This document shows positions 1 to 11,000 of a DNA stretch of 38,915 bases, piece by piece. Source of the DNA: Trichomonas gallinae (lineage: Eukaryota); contig MRSU01010306.1 of assembly GCA_008369845.1 (NCBI GenBank), positions 1-38,915 on the forward strand, read 5' to 3'. The translations under genes and the position numbers were made by a program. The notes under the pieces are model-generated. The model was not told the origin of the DNA, ran no database searches, and saw only the letters and a list, made by a program, of their open reading frames with translations. Within the stretch, counting starts at the first letter, position 1, and every line of letters starts with the position of its first letter.

Positions 1-710
1 TTGACGAAGTTTGTGGCTGGGGCAGCAACTATATCAATAGCTTCCATATGTACACTGGAAAAGTGTCAGAAATGAAATAATGTCAGATGTTGAAACCTCA
101 ACGCAAATAAGAAAAAGTAGACCAACCCGTCATAGATTTATCTGATTTTTATTCATTGATGAGTGAAAATGTTCAGATGTAACAACTATTGATCTACAAT
201 TTCAAAATTCAAAACGAAAATTTTGAACTGGAATGCATCCCATTGATGATAGAATCCATAATAATACTGGAGAGAACTTTAAAAAGTCTCCATTTGCCTA
301 TTTCCTTTTATTTTTAATAACAGCTCTGTAACACTATTTATTACTTCTTCCTGCAACTTTGTTGATGGTATGTGAAGAATTGTGCTATTATCAACTTTAC
401 TATAAGTATAATGAAATATTTTGTCATTGTTTAATCATTCTGATGCTTTTCTACTCTATTTAAGGTTTAAGATGTATTTTATAACAATATAAATCCTAAA
501 TACAGTAGAATAACTTAAAATCTCAGAATAAATTGGGATTTAGAAGAGTATTGAACCATGAGCTATCAAAAGACTACTATATCATTCAAAATGAATGTAA
601 TAATAATCTGTTGACGCTTTATTTTGTGACAAATGAATTTTTCAAAATATTTTCATCATGATATATTGAAATTGTGCTATATTAATAAATACAGCGTTAT
701 TGATTTGAGT

Positions 711-716
711 TCATTT
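711..716 (+). promoter_or_regulatory. Initiator (Inr) element TCATTT
   Basis: TCATTT ends 2 nt before the ATG at 719 and matches the Trichomonas Inr consensus TCA(T/C)T(T/A). Confidence 0.55.
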
Positions 717-718
717 GT

Positions 719-3610
719 ATGAATGAATTATTATTATCTTTTCTCGAACCAAACATTTCTTTGCAGACTGTTGTTCAGAACACATTCAACATACAATTGA
801 TAATTTCACGCGAATCAACGAACAAGAATTCGGATTTTGCGAGTTATGCTCAAACAATTTATGAAATGTTTGAAAAAATCGACCAATTTAGTTCAACCGC
901 GCTACATCCATTCTTAAGTATTGCACCTTTGATACTATATAGATTCGATCCTATAAGACAAACTTATATTAATCGTTTACTTCAATTTTCTTTTCCTACG
1001 GCAATTTCAATACCATTATTTCACTCAATTTCTGAATTAAATCTTACCAATCAAATATTAGACATATTTATAGAACAACTTACGAATTTTTCATTAAATA
1101 ATCCTAAATCTGCTTCATCAATGCTGAATATTGCGTTATATATGTATGAATCTAAGCGAGATGTGCGCATTGCATTACTTATTCGCAAGATTTTCCATTA
1201 TATGGACATGAGCGAATTGCCAGATTGCGTTTTTATGATCAGACAAAGAAGATCTCACTCTCATGATTTGGTAAATTCGATAGAAACTAGCATACGCACG
1301 TGTTTAAAACATAAAAGCGATTTTTCAGTGCAAAACTCAGATGTTTTCTTCCTTTTTACTATTGTTAAGCTAAATCTTGCATCAGGACTCAGATTATTAA
1401 GATTTTTGATCCGAGTAGGTATTATGCAGACGAAAGATATCAAAGATTACAATTTCAAACTACTTCCTCCAATAGATATCATTGATTGTATTTGCGGTAT
1501 CTGCTCTGATAGAAACATGGTCAAACACACTGATTATTTAGCACAGCTATTTGCACAAATCTTCATTTCATCGGAATATCGTGAAATTATAACTTTCGCT
1601 TTATATAATCAAGATGAAAGTCCAATTTTCCTTACTATTACATACAAGGCAATAGATATATGCGCGCAAAAAGCCAAAAATTTGCTTTTATCAGCAGTAG
1701 ATTTATTTTCAATTTTATATTCCGTGAATTCAACAATACAAAGCAATTTACTTGATACAATTCTTAGAATATCAGCAACAACGCCTGATTTGATGGACCA
1801 AGCATTGATATATCTCAAGAAATTAACAGTTCGAAATTCATCAACAAAAATCGCAATAAATAAATTCTGTTTCTTATTATCCCTCATAGAAGAGAGCATG
1901 CAAATATACGTGACACAGATATTAAATATATTATTCCAGTTCATTTCGGTGCCGTTTTCTAGAAATAGAATTTTCAAAGCATTGCGCAGCCTAGATAAGA
2001 ATAATTTGGGACAACAAGGCATTAATATGATTAATGAAACGTGTAGAAAATATTTACCATCTATTGATAAATTTAAAGATTTAATTTCATATGATCAATT
2101 CGGAAACGCTATTGTTAATGATACACCATCAGTTACAATTGATTTATTGATATATTTAGAGGCTGATCCAAAAGAATTCCTTGAAATTAAAAAGTTAAAA
2201 GATTATCCTTTAGTACCAGAGTTTGATGTCAATAATTTACTGTTGCTCACAGATGTTTTTGCAATTTTAGCACCATATGATGAAGAATGCTTCAAAATAT
2301 TCTGTGATTTTTCAATAATCATCGCACAGTTCAGTGATGGCATCAAAATACAGCCAAAAGATTGGATAGAAATGAGTTTAAATCCAAATTTCGCACTCAA
2401 ATTATTCCAACAAAAGAACTCGTATCCATTTACTTATCAATATTTCGTTCTTGATACATTAAAGCAAATACAGCTTCCAGAGAACGTGTTTGAATTCATA
2501 TTCAGTTTATTCATGCAGCGAGAAGATATTAATCAACATTTCATGGAAATGATTGATGAAGATGTTCGTTTAAGTGTTTTAATGTCATATAGAGAATCAC
2601 TTGTAACATTATTGTGCAAAGAAAATAATCCACTCAAAATCGATTTGCAAGATATTCTTAATAACTTGGAATATGACATATCAAACAATGATGTTTCAAC
2701 AAGTCTCCTTGAGTCATATGCAAATTTATTACAAATCCATATGAATAGTAACAAAAAATCAGTAAATAAACTTCTAGACATGCTAAGACAAATCGAGTTT
2801 ACTGATCCAATAGCAGTTGGATCATTTGTACAATTAGTATTAATTAAATCTCCAAGGGATCTATTCGTTGAGTTATCGAAAAATATTATCAATGATTTTG
2901 CAAGTAAAACACATTCACTGTTTTTAAGAACGAAAAGTTCTGCCAAAAGTATTCCTTTCATTACAATGCTCAACTGTTTATCTGCTAAGTTTCAATTAGA
3001 TAAAAAGATTAAATCTGATTTATTCGACTTACTGATCGAAATCATCAATCCAGCGCATCAGTTCGCTGGGAAAACGGTCATATGCAATATATATAACTTA
3101 TTAATCCAAGTCGTTAAGTTATTCAAAGCAGATTTTGCTGAAAATTACGAATTGTTTATGCATAGATCAGAAGCGTTCGCCAAAACACATGCTAGACAAA
3201 CAAGTCCTAAGCAACACGGTTTGTTAGTTGCATTGCTGACAAATTACAAAGCTTCTATCAGCGGTGACAAGAATAAGAGGCAAAAAGATAAATACCATTC
3301 ACTTATTAATCCATATGGGCGACAAAAGTGGCGCTCAACTAATAAATTCATTGATCAGGCTTTGAGAGAGCAAAGCTCAGATGATGACGACAACTACGCA
3401 GATTTGGAAGGCTTTATAGTCGAATCAGACGAAGAAAACGCAAATAAAACTGATGATAATGCGGAGTCAGGATTTAATCCTGAAGAAGAAGAATACGAAG
3501 AAGAATTGGATGAAGAGAGCCAAAGATTGGAATACGAACTCGCCATGCAGAAAATTTTGAAATATAAAGACAAATTTGGTGATAACAAAGATAAAGAGCC
3601 TTCCAAATAA
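719..3610 (+). CDS. FANCI: FANCI-like alpha-solenoid protein (Fanconi anemia group I homolog, shortened) with acidic C-terminal tail
   Basis: 963-aa ORF. Several segments align by eye and in order with human FANCI: [28 protein letters not shown] ~ [49 protein letters not shown] ~ [46 protein letters not shown] ~ [51 protein letters not shown] ~ [25 protein letters not shown]. The CDS itself is near certain; the family call is inference. Confidence 0.6.
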   Translation: [963 protein letters not shown]

Positions 3611-4124
3611 CCGAACAATATGGCTCAAACATAACTAAGATCTATGAATTTCTGAATTGATCCTTGAGCACAACTGATAATAAGAAAAAAAAATATTTTT
3701 TACTCTACTTTAAGACTGGTCCTCAGATTAGACCTTCAATTTTCCTCCATTTTGACCAGTATAAAATATATTATTGTATGTTGTATATTAAATATATATG
3801 TAAGATTTAATTCGTTTTACAAAATATATCTACATCAGATTAATTAATCACTGGCAATTATAAAACAAATCAAGTATTAGATTTTAGAACTGTTATTTGT
3901 TGGTTTAACTAAAGGATTTACTGTTATATTTTAATCATTTTAAGCTTATTATGCGCGAACTTCGTTTTACTCATGATGGGCAATTATATTTCTTTAGGAT
4001 AATCACCATATCATATAGAAATCTTGTATAAGTTTCCAACAAAAATAATATTAATAATTTTTTTTGTAAAGAATGATATTTAATAAACAAAACAGGTCCA
4101 TATGATAGTACGCCGAGATAAGCA

Positions 4125-4538
4125 TTACTTAGCAGGAGATTTAGCCCTTGCACTTTTTGATGCAGCTTTTTTACTTCTTGAAGCTAATGATTTGTGAAGT
4201 AATTTAGCATGTTCTAACTGTGATTTTAACTCTTTAATATCAACTGTAAGTAATCTGTTTTCTTCTGTATATTTATGGATTTCAAGCATAATCATTTTTC
4301 TTCTTTCCATTCTGATTTTTGTTTGTTGGGTTCCTTCAGTATCTAGTTCTTTTTCGATACCTTTTCTCACTTGATCGAAGTTTCTTTCTTCAAATGATTT
4401 TGTTTTCGTTAGTTCTTGAGTTTCTTGGATAGCTTCATTTAACTGATTCTGTAATATAAGGTTTTGCATGTTGATTGCGCGATTCTCATTCCGTAATTGT
4501 TGAAGTTTTACCTTAAGTTCTGAAATATTATCACTCAT
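4125..4538 (-). CDS. Small coiled-coil protein with basic C-terminus (hypothetical, 137 aa)
   Basis: The track ORF begins at a non-ATG codon; the first ATG is at 4538 (MSDNISELKVKLQQLRNEN). Heptad-rich throughout, ending in K/A/S-rich SRSKKAASKSARAKSPAK. Confidence 0.75.
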   Translation of the reverse strand: MSDNISELKVKLQQLRNENRAINMQNLILQNQLNEAIQETQELTKTKSFEERNFDQVRKGIEKELDTEGTQQTKIRMERRKMIMLEIHKYTEENRLLTVDIKELKSQLEHAKLLHKSLASRSKKAASKSARAKSPAK

Positions 4539-4827
4539 AATTATAAACTGTACGTTAAAATCTTGACAAATAAATATTTTACACGTCAAAATTATCGAAT
4601 GAAGTTAATATAATCGTCATTACACTGCATACAGGTACATACCATAAATTTACCAAATTTGGGGAATATTTTATTAAATCAAATGATATGATAATATATT
4701 TTTTTCAATTCTGAAGCTTGAAAATGCTGAAATTATAGTTTTCAACACCAAAATAATGCCATGTTAGATCTTTTGGTGCAGGAAGAAGATATTATTTTTT
4801 TGCTAATAAAAATACATTTAATTTCAT

Positions 4828-6096
4828 TTAAATTGAAGGGATAGAGGTCTTCCATTTCTCGAAAGCCTCTGTTGCAAGTGCTTTCTTATCCTTTGTTGTT
4901 ATAAAAACTCTCATCATCGATTGAGAGAAGTGAACAGGGTTGATAGCACTTATCTGGTCCTGTTTGAGAAGTTCCTTCTTGTTTTCATCTTTCCAGAAAG
5001 GAATGCACATAAGCGGATGACGATCTCTTGTCAAACCGTATCTGAATCTGCTGGAGACGACGCGGATATCGTCTGTTGTGAGTCCTTCAACCTTTTCAAC
5101 GATATCCTCTTCAATGCTCTTTGGGTGTCTCTGAGAATATTTCTCGCCTTTGCTATTTTGAGGAGGAATGCGAATTTCACCGATATATTTGTACAAATCT
5201 CTGCGGATGATTCTCTGGGAAATCGCTTTCGCTTTTTCGCCAAATTGGCCCAAATCGGCTTCGTATAATATTCTATCATCAAATTGCACGTATACGGCTG
5301 GGTCTTCGATGATTTCGTTTAGGTCATTAGACTCGAAGAAATAGTCGAAAATGTCTTCAATCATTAATTCGATTGCTTGAACAACTCTGTGCTTATATAC
5401 ACGCTCTGCCATATCATTAAAGTTGTAGAAGAATCTCTCAAGTGTCGGAATCTCTGAAATTTTCCAGCAAAGCTGGTCGTCAATGACTCTAGAATTGTAA
5501 ATAAGTCTGTCGTATTCAAAAGCACCTGTATTTAAGGCTCGATTCATATCACGTGATAAGTAATCGAATTTATTGACGTCAATGTCGCATTCATGATTGT
5601 GGACAATCGAAGCAAGGAATTTTGGAAAATTATTGTACTCATCGCCCTTAATATAGCTGCAAGCAGCATCAAGAACTTCAGACTCGATGTTTAATTTATA
5701 TTTCTCATTGATTAATTGAAGTATTTTAACGGACATCTCTGCGTGCTTCCATGCGGGATCTTCTTTTGCGATTGCTTGATCGAAAACATAACTGTATGGT
5801 CCTTGACCGAGGTCGTGACATAGAGCTGCAATAATAACAGCTTTTTCGTATTTTTCGAGAATATTTAACTCTGGCTGTGTTTTCTTGAAATGGTTCATCC
5901 AAATTCCTGCAAGATGCGCACATCCAAGCGAGTGTTCGAACCTGGAATGATTAGTTCCAGGATAAACGAAAACAACTCCGCCAAGCTGTAGAATATTTCT
6001 CAATCTCTGGAATTCAGGAGTATCAATGATAGGCCAGCAATAGCCTGGAATCGATAATGGACCATAAATTTGATCCTGTGGTGAATGACTGCGCAT
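4828..6096 (-). CDS. SAMHD1-like HD-domain dNTP triphosphohydrolase family protein, lacking a SAM domain and catalytically degenerate
   Basis: Family motifs present: IIDTPEFQRLRNILQLG, VYPGTNHSRFEHSLG, AALCHDLG, IDVNKFDYLSRD, RVYKHR. The likely start is the ATG at 6096 (MRSHSPQDQIYG), after an A-run and an Inr at 6115-6120, rather than 6141. Confidence 0.92.
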   Translation of the reverse strand: MRSHSPQDQIYGPLSIPGYCWPIIDTPEFQRLRNILQLGGVVFVYPGTNHSRFEHSLGCAHLAGIWMNHFKKTQPELNILEKYEKAVIIAALCHDLGQGPYSYVFDQAIAKEDPAWKHAEMSVKILQLINEKYKLNIESEVLDAACSYIKGDEYNNFPKFLASIVHNHECDIDVNKFDYLSRDMNRALNTGAFEYDRLIYNSRVIDDQLCWKISEIPTLERFFYNFNDMAERVYKHRVVQAIELMIEDIFDYFFESNDLNEIIEDPAVYVQFDDRILYEADLGQFGEKAKAISQRIIRRDLYKYIGEIRIPPQNSKGEKYSQRHPKSIEEDIVEKVEGLTTDDIRVVSSRFRYGLTRDRHPLMCIPFWKDENKKELLKQDQISAINPVHFSQSMMRVFITTKDKKALATEAFEKWKTSIPSI

Positions 6097-6114
6097 TTTT
6101 TTTTTGAGAAATAA

Positions 6115-6120
6115 AAGTGA
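6115..6120 (-). promoter_or_regulatory. Inr element TCACTT of the SAMHD1-like gene
   Basis: Minus-strand TCACTT lies 18 nt before the ATG at 6096. Confidence 0.6.
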
Positions 6121-6135
6121 CAAATAAATCAGATA

Positions 6136-6284
6136 TGCCATGTAAATGTAAATTTACATGTCAAATCGAAAATATTTGTAAATTTTGTCATGTAATTTGT
6201 TAATTTATTTTATTGCCATGTAAATCAAAATTCTGTCATGTAAAGAAGCGTTTTTGTTATGTAAAATAAAATTTTGCCATGTAA
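6136..6284. repeat. Array of seven TG(C/T/A)CATGTAA-type 10-mers in a divergent promoter
   Basis: Copies at 6136 TGCCATGTAA, 6154-6163 (reverse strand TGACATGTAA), 6186 TGTCATGTAA, 6214 TGCCATGTAA, 6234 TGTCATGTAA, 6255 TGTTATGTAA and 6275 TGCCATGTAA. Confidence 0.85.
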
Positions 6285-6300
6285 TAAAATTGTTTTGACA

Positions 6301-6306
6301 TCATTA
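6301..6306 (+). promoter_or_regulatory. Inr element TCATTA
   Basis: Ends 3 nt before the ATG at 6310. Confidence 0.55.
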
Positions 6307-6309
6307 TAA

Positions 6310-7641
6310 ATGTTGAAAGATGAAGAAGATTTGTTTGATCCGAATCAGGTTATAGAAACTAGACCGGATGAATATTATATTAGAAAGATTGAGTATGCCA
6401 TTGATAAAGCAATCGAAAAGATTGATGAAACAATTTTGTTCAATGGATATATGAATCTTGACATTTATATTAACTTCATTTCTGTGATTAGCTCCACAGA
6501 TATTGGGCAAAAATACTTAATAGAAAAGTATGATATTAATCAAATTAAATCGCTTGTTGAGATATTTAAGCAAAAGCAAGTGAAAGAACTGATGTTTTCA
6601 TTAATACATATATTTGTTAATTTCTCTTTCTTATTTGAAGGATTCATCGAATATTTCATTGAATGTGGAGGGTATTCAACTCTTCTTTCAATGAACATTC
6701 CTATTATGGAGAAGAAAGATCCAAAACATTTCAAAGATTATTTTAGATTGATTTATAATTTAACTTCATTTCGCCCGGATTTGTTTGATGAAAATCAGGC
6801 CATAATATTTCTAAAAAACCTCACAAAATCTAGTGATACGTACAAACAATACGGAATTTTATCTTTAACTAATGTATTTAGACAATTGAGTTTTACATCA
6901 TTTGAAAATTATGTAACTGTATTTAATTTCTTAGCGCAATTATTAGATGGAACGAATGGATCAACAAACGAGACTGTCGCATGGTGTATTTATTTCCAAT
7001 TACAAATTTCAGATCCAGTCTTTTTTGTTCAGTATTTGGTACAATCTGATATCATGAATGGCTTTGTTGATTCATTATTCGCAAGTGACAACAATGTATT
7101 AATGCGTACTGTATTGACAATTTTTTCAAATTTGGTTATTCATGGAAATAAACATTACACACAAAAACTCTTTAACTCAAATGTTCTACAAGCTGCAATT
7201 GAGTTGATGAAACATGAACATGTCGGTTTATATGCACTTTATTTAGTAAATAATTTCATGGCCATTGAAAACGAGTATATAGAATTGTGCCTGCAAAATC
7301 ACGTTTATGCTACAGCTCTTGACTTATTTGATGATGGTAATTTAGCAATAAAAGAAGAGTGCATCAGATGCTGGACAATTATTGCAGCTCTTGGAAACAG
7401 CGAACAAAGTTCACATATTATCAATGAGTTTATTCTAGAGAAGATTATAGACTACATATCTGCTGAAGGAAGTTCGAATTCAATAATATTTGCACTCAAA
7501 ACCTTGATTTTTATATGTGATAATAACCCAAAAATTGCAGAACAGTTACAAGAATCAGATTTAGAAGCAGTCCAAGAAATGGAAAATAATGAAATCCAAG
7601 AATTAGTTGATATTATTCTCAAAAGAATGCATGGTGAATAA
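6310..7641 (+). CDS. Armadillo-repeat protein, divergent importin-alpha-like
   Basis: 443 aa of helical ARM-like repeats. AIKEECIRCWTIIAALGNSEQSSHII and RTVLTIFSNLVIHGNKHYTQKLFNSNVL resemble importin-alpha ARM segments. No basic IBB domain at the N-terminus. Confidence 0.65.
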   Translation: MLKDEEDLFDPNQVIETRPDEYYIRKIEYAIDKAIEKIDETILFNGYMNLDIYINFISVISSTDIGQKYLIEKYDINQIKSLVEIFKQKQVKELMFSLIHIFVNFSFLFEGFIEYFIECGGYSTLLSMNIPIMEKKDPKHFKDYFRLIYNLTSFRPDLFDENQAIIFLKNLTKSSDTYKQYGILSLTNVFRQLSFTSFENYVTVFNFLAQLLDGTNGSTNETVAWCIYFQLQISDPVFFVQYLVQSDIMNGFVDSLFASDNNVLMRTVLTIFSNLVIHGNKHYTQKLFNSNVLQAAIELMKHEHVGLYALYLVNNFMAIENEYIELCLQNHVYATALDLFDDGNLAIKEECIRCWTIIAALGNSEQSSHIINEFILEKIIDYISAEGSSNSIIFALKTLIFICDNNPKIAEQLQESDLEAVQEMENNEIQELVDIILKRMHGE

Positions 7642-8017
7642 AAGCTTTATATTGCTGAATATTTCTTATTTTATAAACGATGAATATTTTCATAATTTTT
7701 GAATATAAAGAATGACTGATTCCAAAGCTATTAGTTATAATTGGTTGACTTAATAGATGATATTTATTATAAGAATATCTTTGAATTCCAAATATTTTTG
7801 ACTGATTATTAAAAAAGATTGTCAAAATTAAATAATGATGATGAAATGAAGCGTTGTGGCATAATATTATCATAAACAAGTGCTGACTCGTTTTTTTTTC
7901 TGCTAAAAAATAATTTTTTTTTCAAGTGATTTTTTAAATTAATTTTTTTATATTTGCGTGTGAAATCATTATTGATAATGATTATTTCTAGAAAAAGTCA
8001 TCAATATAAAAAAAAAA

Positions 8018-11000
8018 ATGGATGATTCAACTGCGTATGAAACATTGACGCAGTGTTATTTATTGCTTCGAGGATCATGTCCTACAAACGAGCAGATCCA
8101 ACAAGCGACAACGTGGCTCGATTCATTTTACAAAGAACCAATTGCAATTCCACATTTAATAAATTTCTTCAAAAATTCTCAAGATCCTACAGACAGACAG
8201 CATGCTATTATCGGTTTAGCTAAATGCGTTGGATTATCTTGGGAATTGGTCGCTGTTGAGTCAAAAGCAGAAGTTTTTAAGATATTACTCGGAATGGTAA
8301 TAACAGAACCGCAATGGACGATTCGTAGAAATATTATTGACATAATTTCAAAAGCTGTTTCCCCTGATTATTGTTTGATTATTTTAGAATTCGTCAGAGA
8401 ATGCGTAAGCAAACAAAACACAGCACATTTAGAAATCGCTTTACTATTATCGGCACTTTTCCCACAGGGATTTTTAGAATCCTCCAACGATCCAAATTTG
8501 CCAAGTTTTTTCTTCGAAATGATAAATATAGCTTTCCAATGCCAGCAACCGGAAGTTTTAATAGCAGCCATACAATTCATACTAGAAAATAATATAATAG
8601 ATACGTCTCCAAATTCTCATCCAGAATATTGGGAATGCTTTGTAAATTCTTTTGATTTAGTTATTAACAGCCAACTACTATTCCCACGATTGGTAAATTT
8701 ATATTCTACGGCCCTTGGACACGCAAATGAACATGTTAATCCGATTCCTTTGCTAGAAAAATGTATGAACGTTTTTGCGCAGTCAAATTCTAATTTAAGG
8801 CTTATACTACAACTAAATATAGTAATACAAGCAATCTGTCATAATTATTCGCAATTAATCATTCAATCGGGAATCGCGCAAACGATTATTCAAACATATA
8901 TGCAATATTTAATCGACCAATTCGAACCCGAAGACCAATTCGTGCTCAGCAACGCGCCAGCTTTTGAACCTATTTTTACAGATCTTTGCACGCCAGAAAC
9001 GATACAGATGATGTGGGAAATGTGCTCGCAGGTAGCAACAGAGTTCCCAGGACTGTTCGTTTTCTCGCGAGTAATGGCCGCAACGTTCACTGTTGCGATT
9101 GATTTTTATTCATCACAAATGGAACAAGTTGTTTCAATTCTTAGAGCAGGCATACAATCGGATTCACCGCTGCTTAGAGATTCGTGCGCGAAAGCGGCTG
9201 ACGAATTCGTTTCAAGTTTTGTTTTCGAATCTGACGAACTTTCTCTTGCTTTTGTTCACGATATTTATAAAGCGTGCCAAGCTAATATATCCGGTGAGCT
9301 CGTTCAGGTTTTGGCTTCTCTTTTGGATGCTACTAAGAAAACTGATCATGTTTTTGATGAATTTTTCCCATTTTTGGTTTCTGTCATACAGCAATGCGAC
9401 GTTGAAACGCAGGCTGCAGCACTTCAATGTATATCAAATTTAGCCAAGTGGTCATCGTACAAAATCTTTGTATATTATGGACAACTCTTAGATATTCTCT
9501 CAGACATACTCGGCAGCACCCTTGATGCTCTGGAGCACCTAAAAGGTCCAGCAGTAATCACAATTGCTATAGTTGCTGTTGCAATTGGGTCAAATTTCGA
9601 TGATCATTTAGATACAACGTTTCCATTCTTGATTAGCAATCTGGACAATGAGTCTCTTGGTGCTTCGTGCATAACAGCCTTAGAAAACATAATGGGAAGT
9701 TATGTCAATAGATATTATCAAGACCAGTACAGAAGCGAATTTAATGAGAAAATATTAGATCCATACATGGAAGGGTTCCTTCAATATACATTAGATAACG
9801 CAATGCTTGATTATTCATCACAGCATAAATTGCAAATGGAACTTGACGAAGGATTTGATTACCCACAACAGTTCGAAAAGAGTGCCAGCAGTCTTAGATT
9901 GCTTTCTGATATAATCGCAATCTCCCCAGACCTATATGATTTATACGGATCAATTCTTATCAAAGCTTGCGCGATACAAGCTAAAAGCATCGCACCAAAA
10001 TGCAGAATAGCTGTCACATATGCACTAATAAACCTAGCAAAAGGCACCCAAGTCGACACCGCTGACGAAATAACCGTTGCACAAGCAATCGGCGCGATTA
10101 TCATCGAGCTCGCTAGCGAATCAGACGCCAATGTGTGCTACGAAACGTTCCTTGCTGCGTCGCAGATCATTACATGGATTTCTTGGCGCTCACTGCTTGA
10201 TACTGTAGAGCAGCTGATAAACGTCATCGCAAAGATGATAGAAGACCCGCAGACTCAGATGAAGAGGCCTATGGAGCGCGGCAGGGATTTGTTCAACGCC
10301 TGCTGCGACTTTATTGTCTCTTTGACTAAGTCTGCTGGTGATGCAATGGTTGATGGCGAGCAGCTGATTATGCCTTTGATTCCATCGCTGAAGTTCTTCG
10401 CGACTCATAATGTGATCAGGTTTAGATCAATTGCTTTGTCCATTCTAGCTTCACTTTTGACTTTCTCGTCGGCGAAAATCGACTACAGCCTGAAGTGCGA
10501 TGCTTTAGAAGCATCATTAGCTACAGTAGAGTGTGGGCAATGTGATGAAGGCTCTGCTTTCTTGTGCTTGAAAGCTTTAGCGACGAATCACTCAGAGCTA
10601 GTTTTGCCATACGCCGCGCGTTTGTATCCTGTTTTTCTCGCTCACTTAGACCCAAACAGAGCAGAGATGGTCGAGCGCAACATCTTGATGAGGGACAGAT
10701 GCGTCAGCTGCTTCGGTGAGTTCTTTTTGATGAAGATCTTCCAGCCGGATAACTGCGATATGTCGCAGGTGATTCACTTGTCACTTTTAGCCATGCCGAT
10801 TCAACTTGATTTTGATTTAGTTCACGATACAATGGTCTTCTTCCTGTGGCTGTTCGAGCGTTCGAAAGGAAACTACAACGACCAGTTCTTGCGCGTTTTG
10901 GCTGTTGAGTTTTCCAATCATTGGTCGAATATCGAGTTACATGATTATAGGGAAGATACTTTACTGAACAAACTTCGATGGACAGCGTTCAATTTGTTCA

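Noticed and set aside
1..410. Protein-like fragments on both strands at the window start
   Set aside because: Multiple stops and no recognisable family. It could be a gene end or a decayed pseudogene but cannot be supported.
719..6096. Functional genome-maintenance cluster (FANCI-like next to SAMHD1-like)
   Set aside because: The genes are separately promoted and gene order in such genomes is usually not functional. There is no support without synteny data.
6097..6141. N-terminal extension MAYLIYLSLLFLKKK of the SAMHD1-like ORF as a signal peptide
   Set aside because: It spans the Inr and the A-run before ATG 6096, and its ATG is part of the CATGTAA motif; most likely untranslated.
6136..6300. 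CRISPR-like interpretation of the repeat-spacer pattern
   Set aside because: Repeats are only 10 bp with ~10-bp spacers, the context is eukaryotic, and there are no cas genes.
7835..7886. Possible C/D snoRNA (ATGATGA ... CTGA followed by a T-run)
   Set aside because: Only ~50 nt between boxes, no terminal stem, no convincing C'/D' boxes, and no identifiable rRNA complement.
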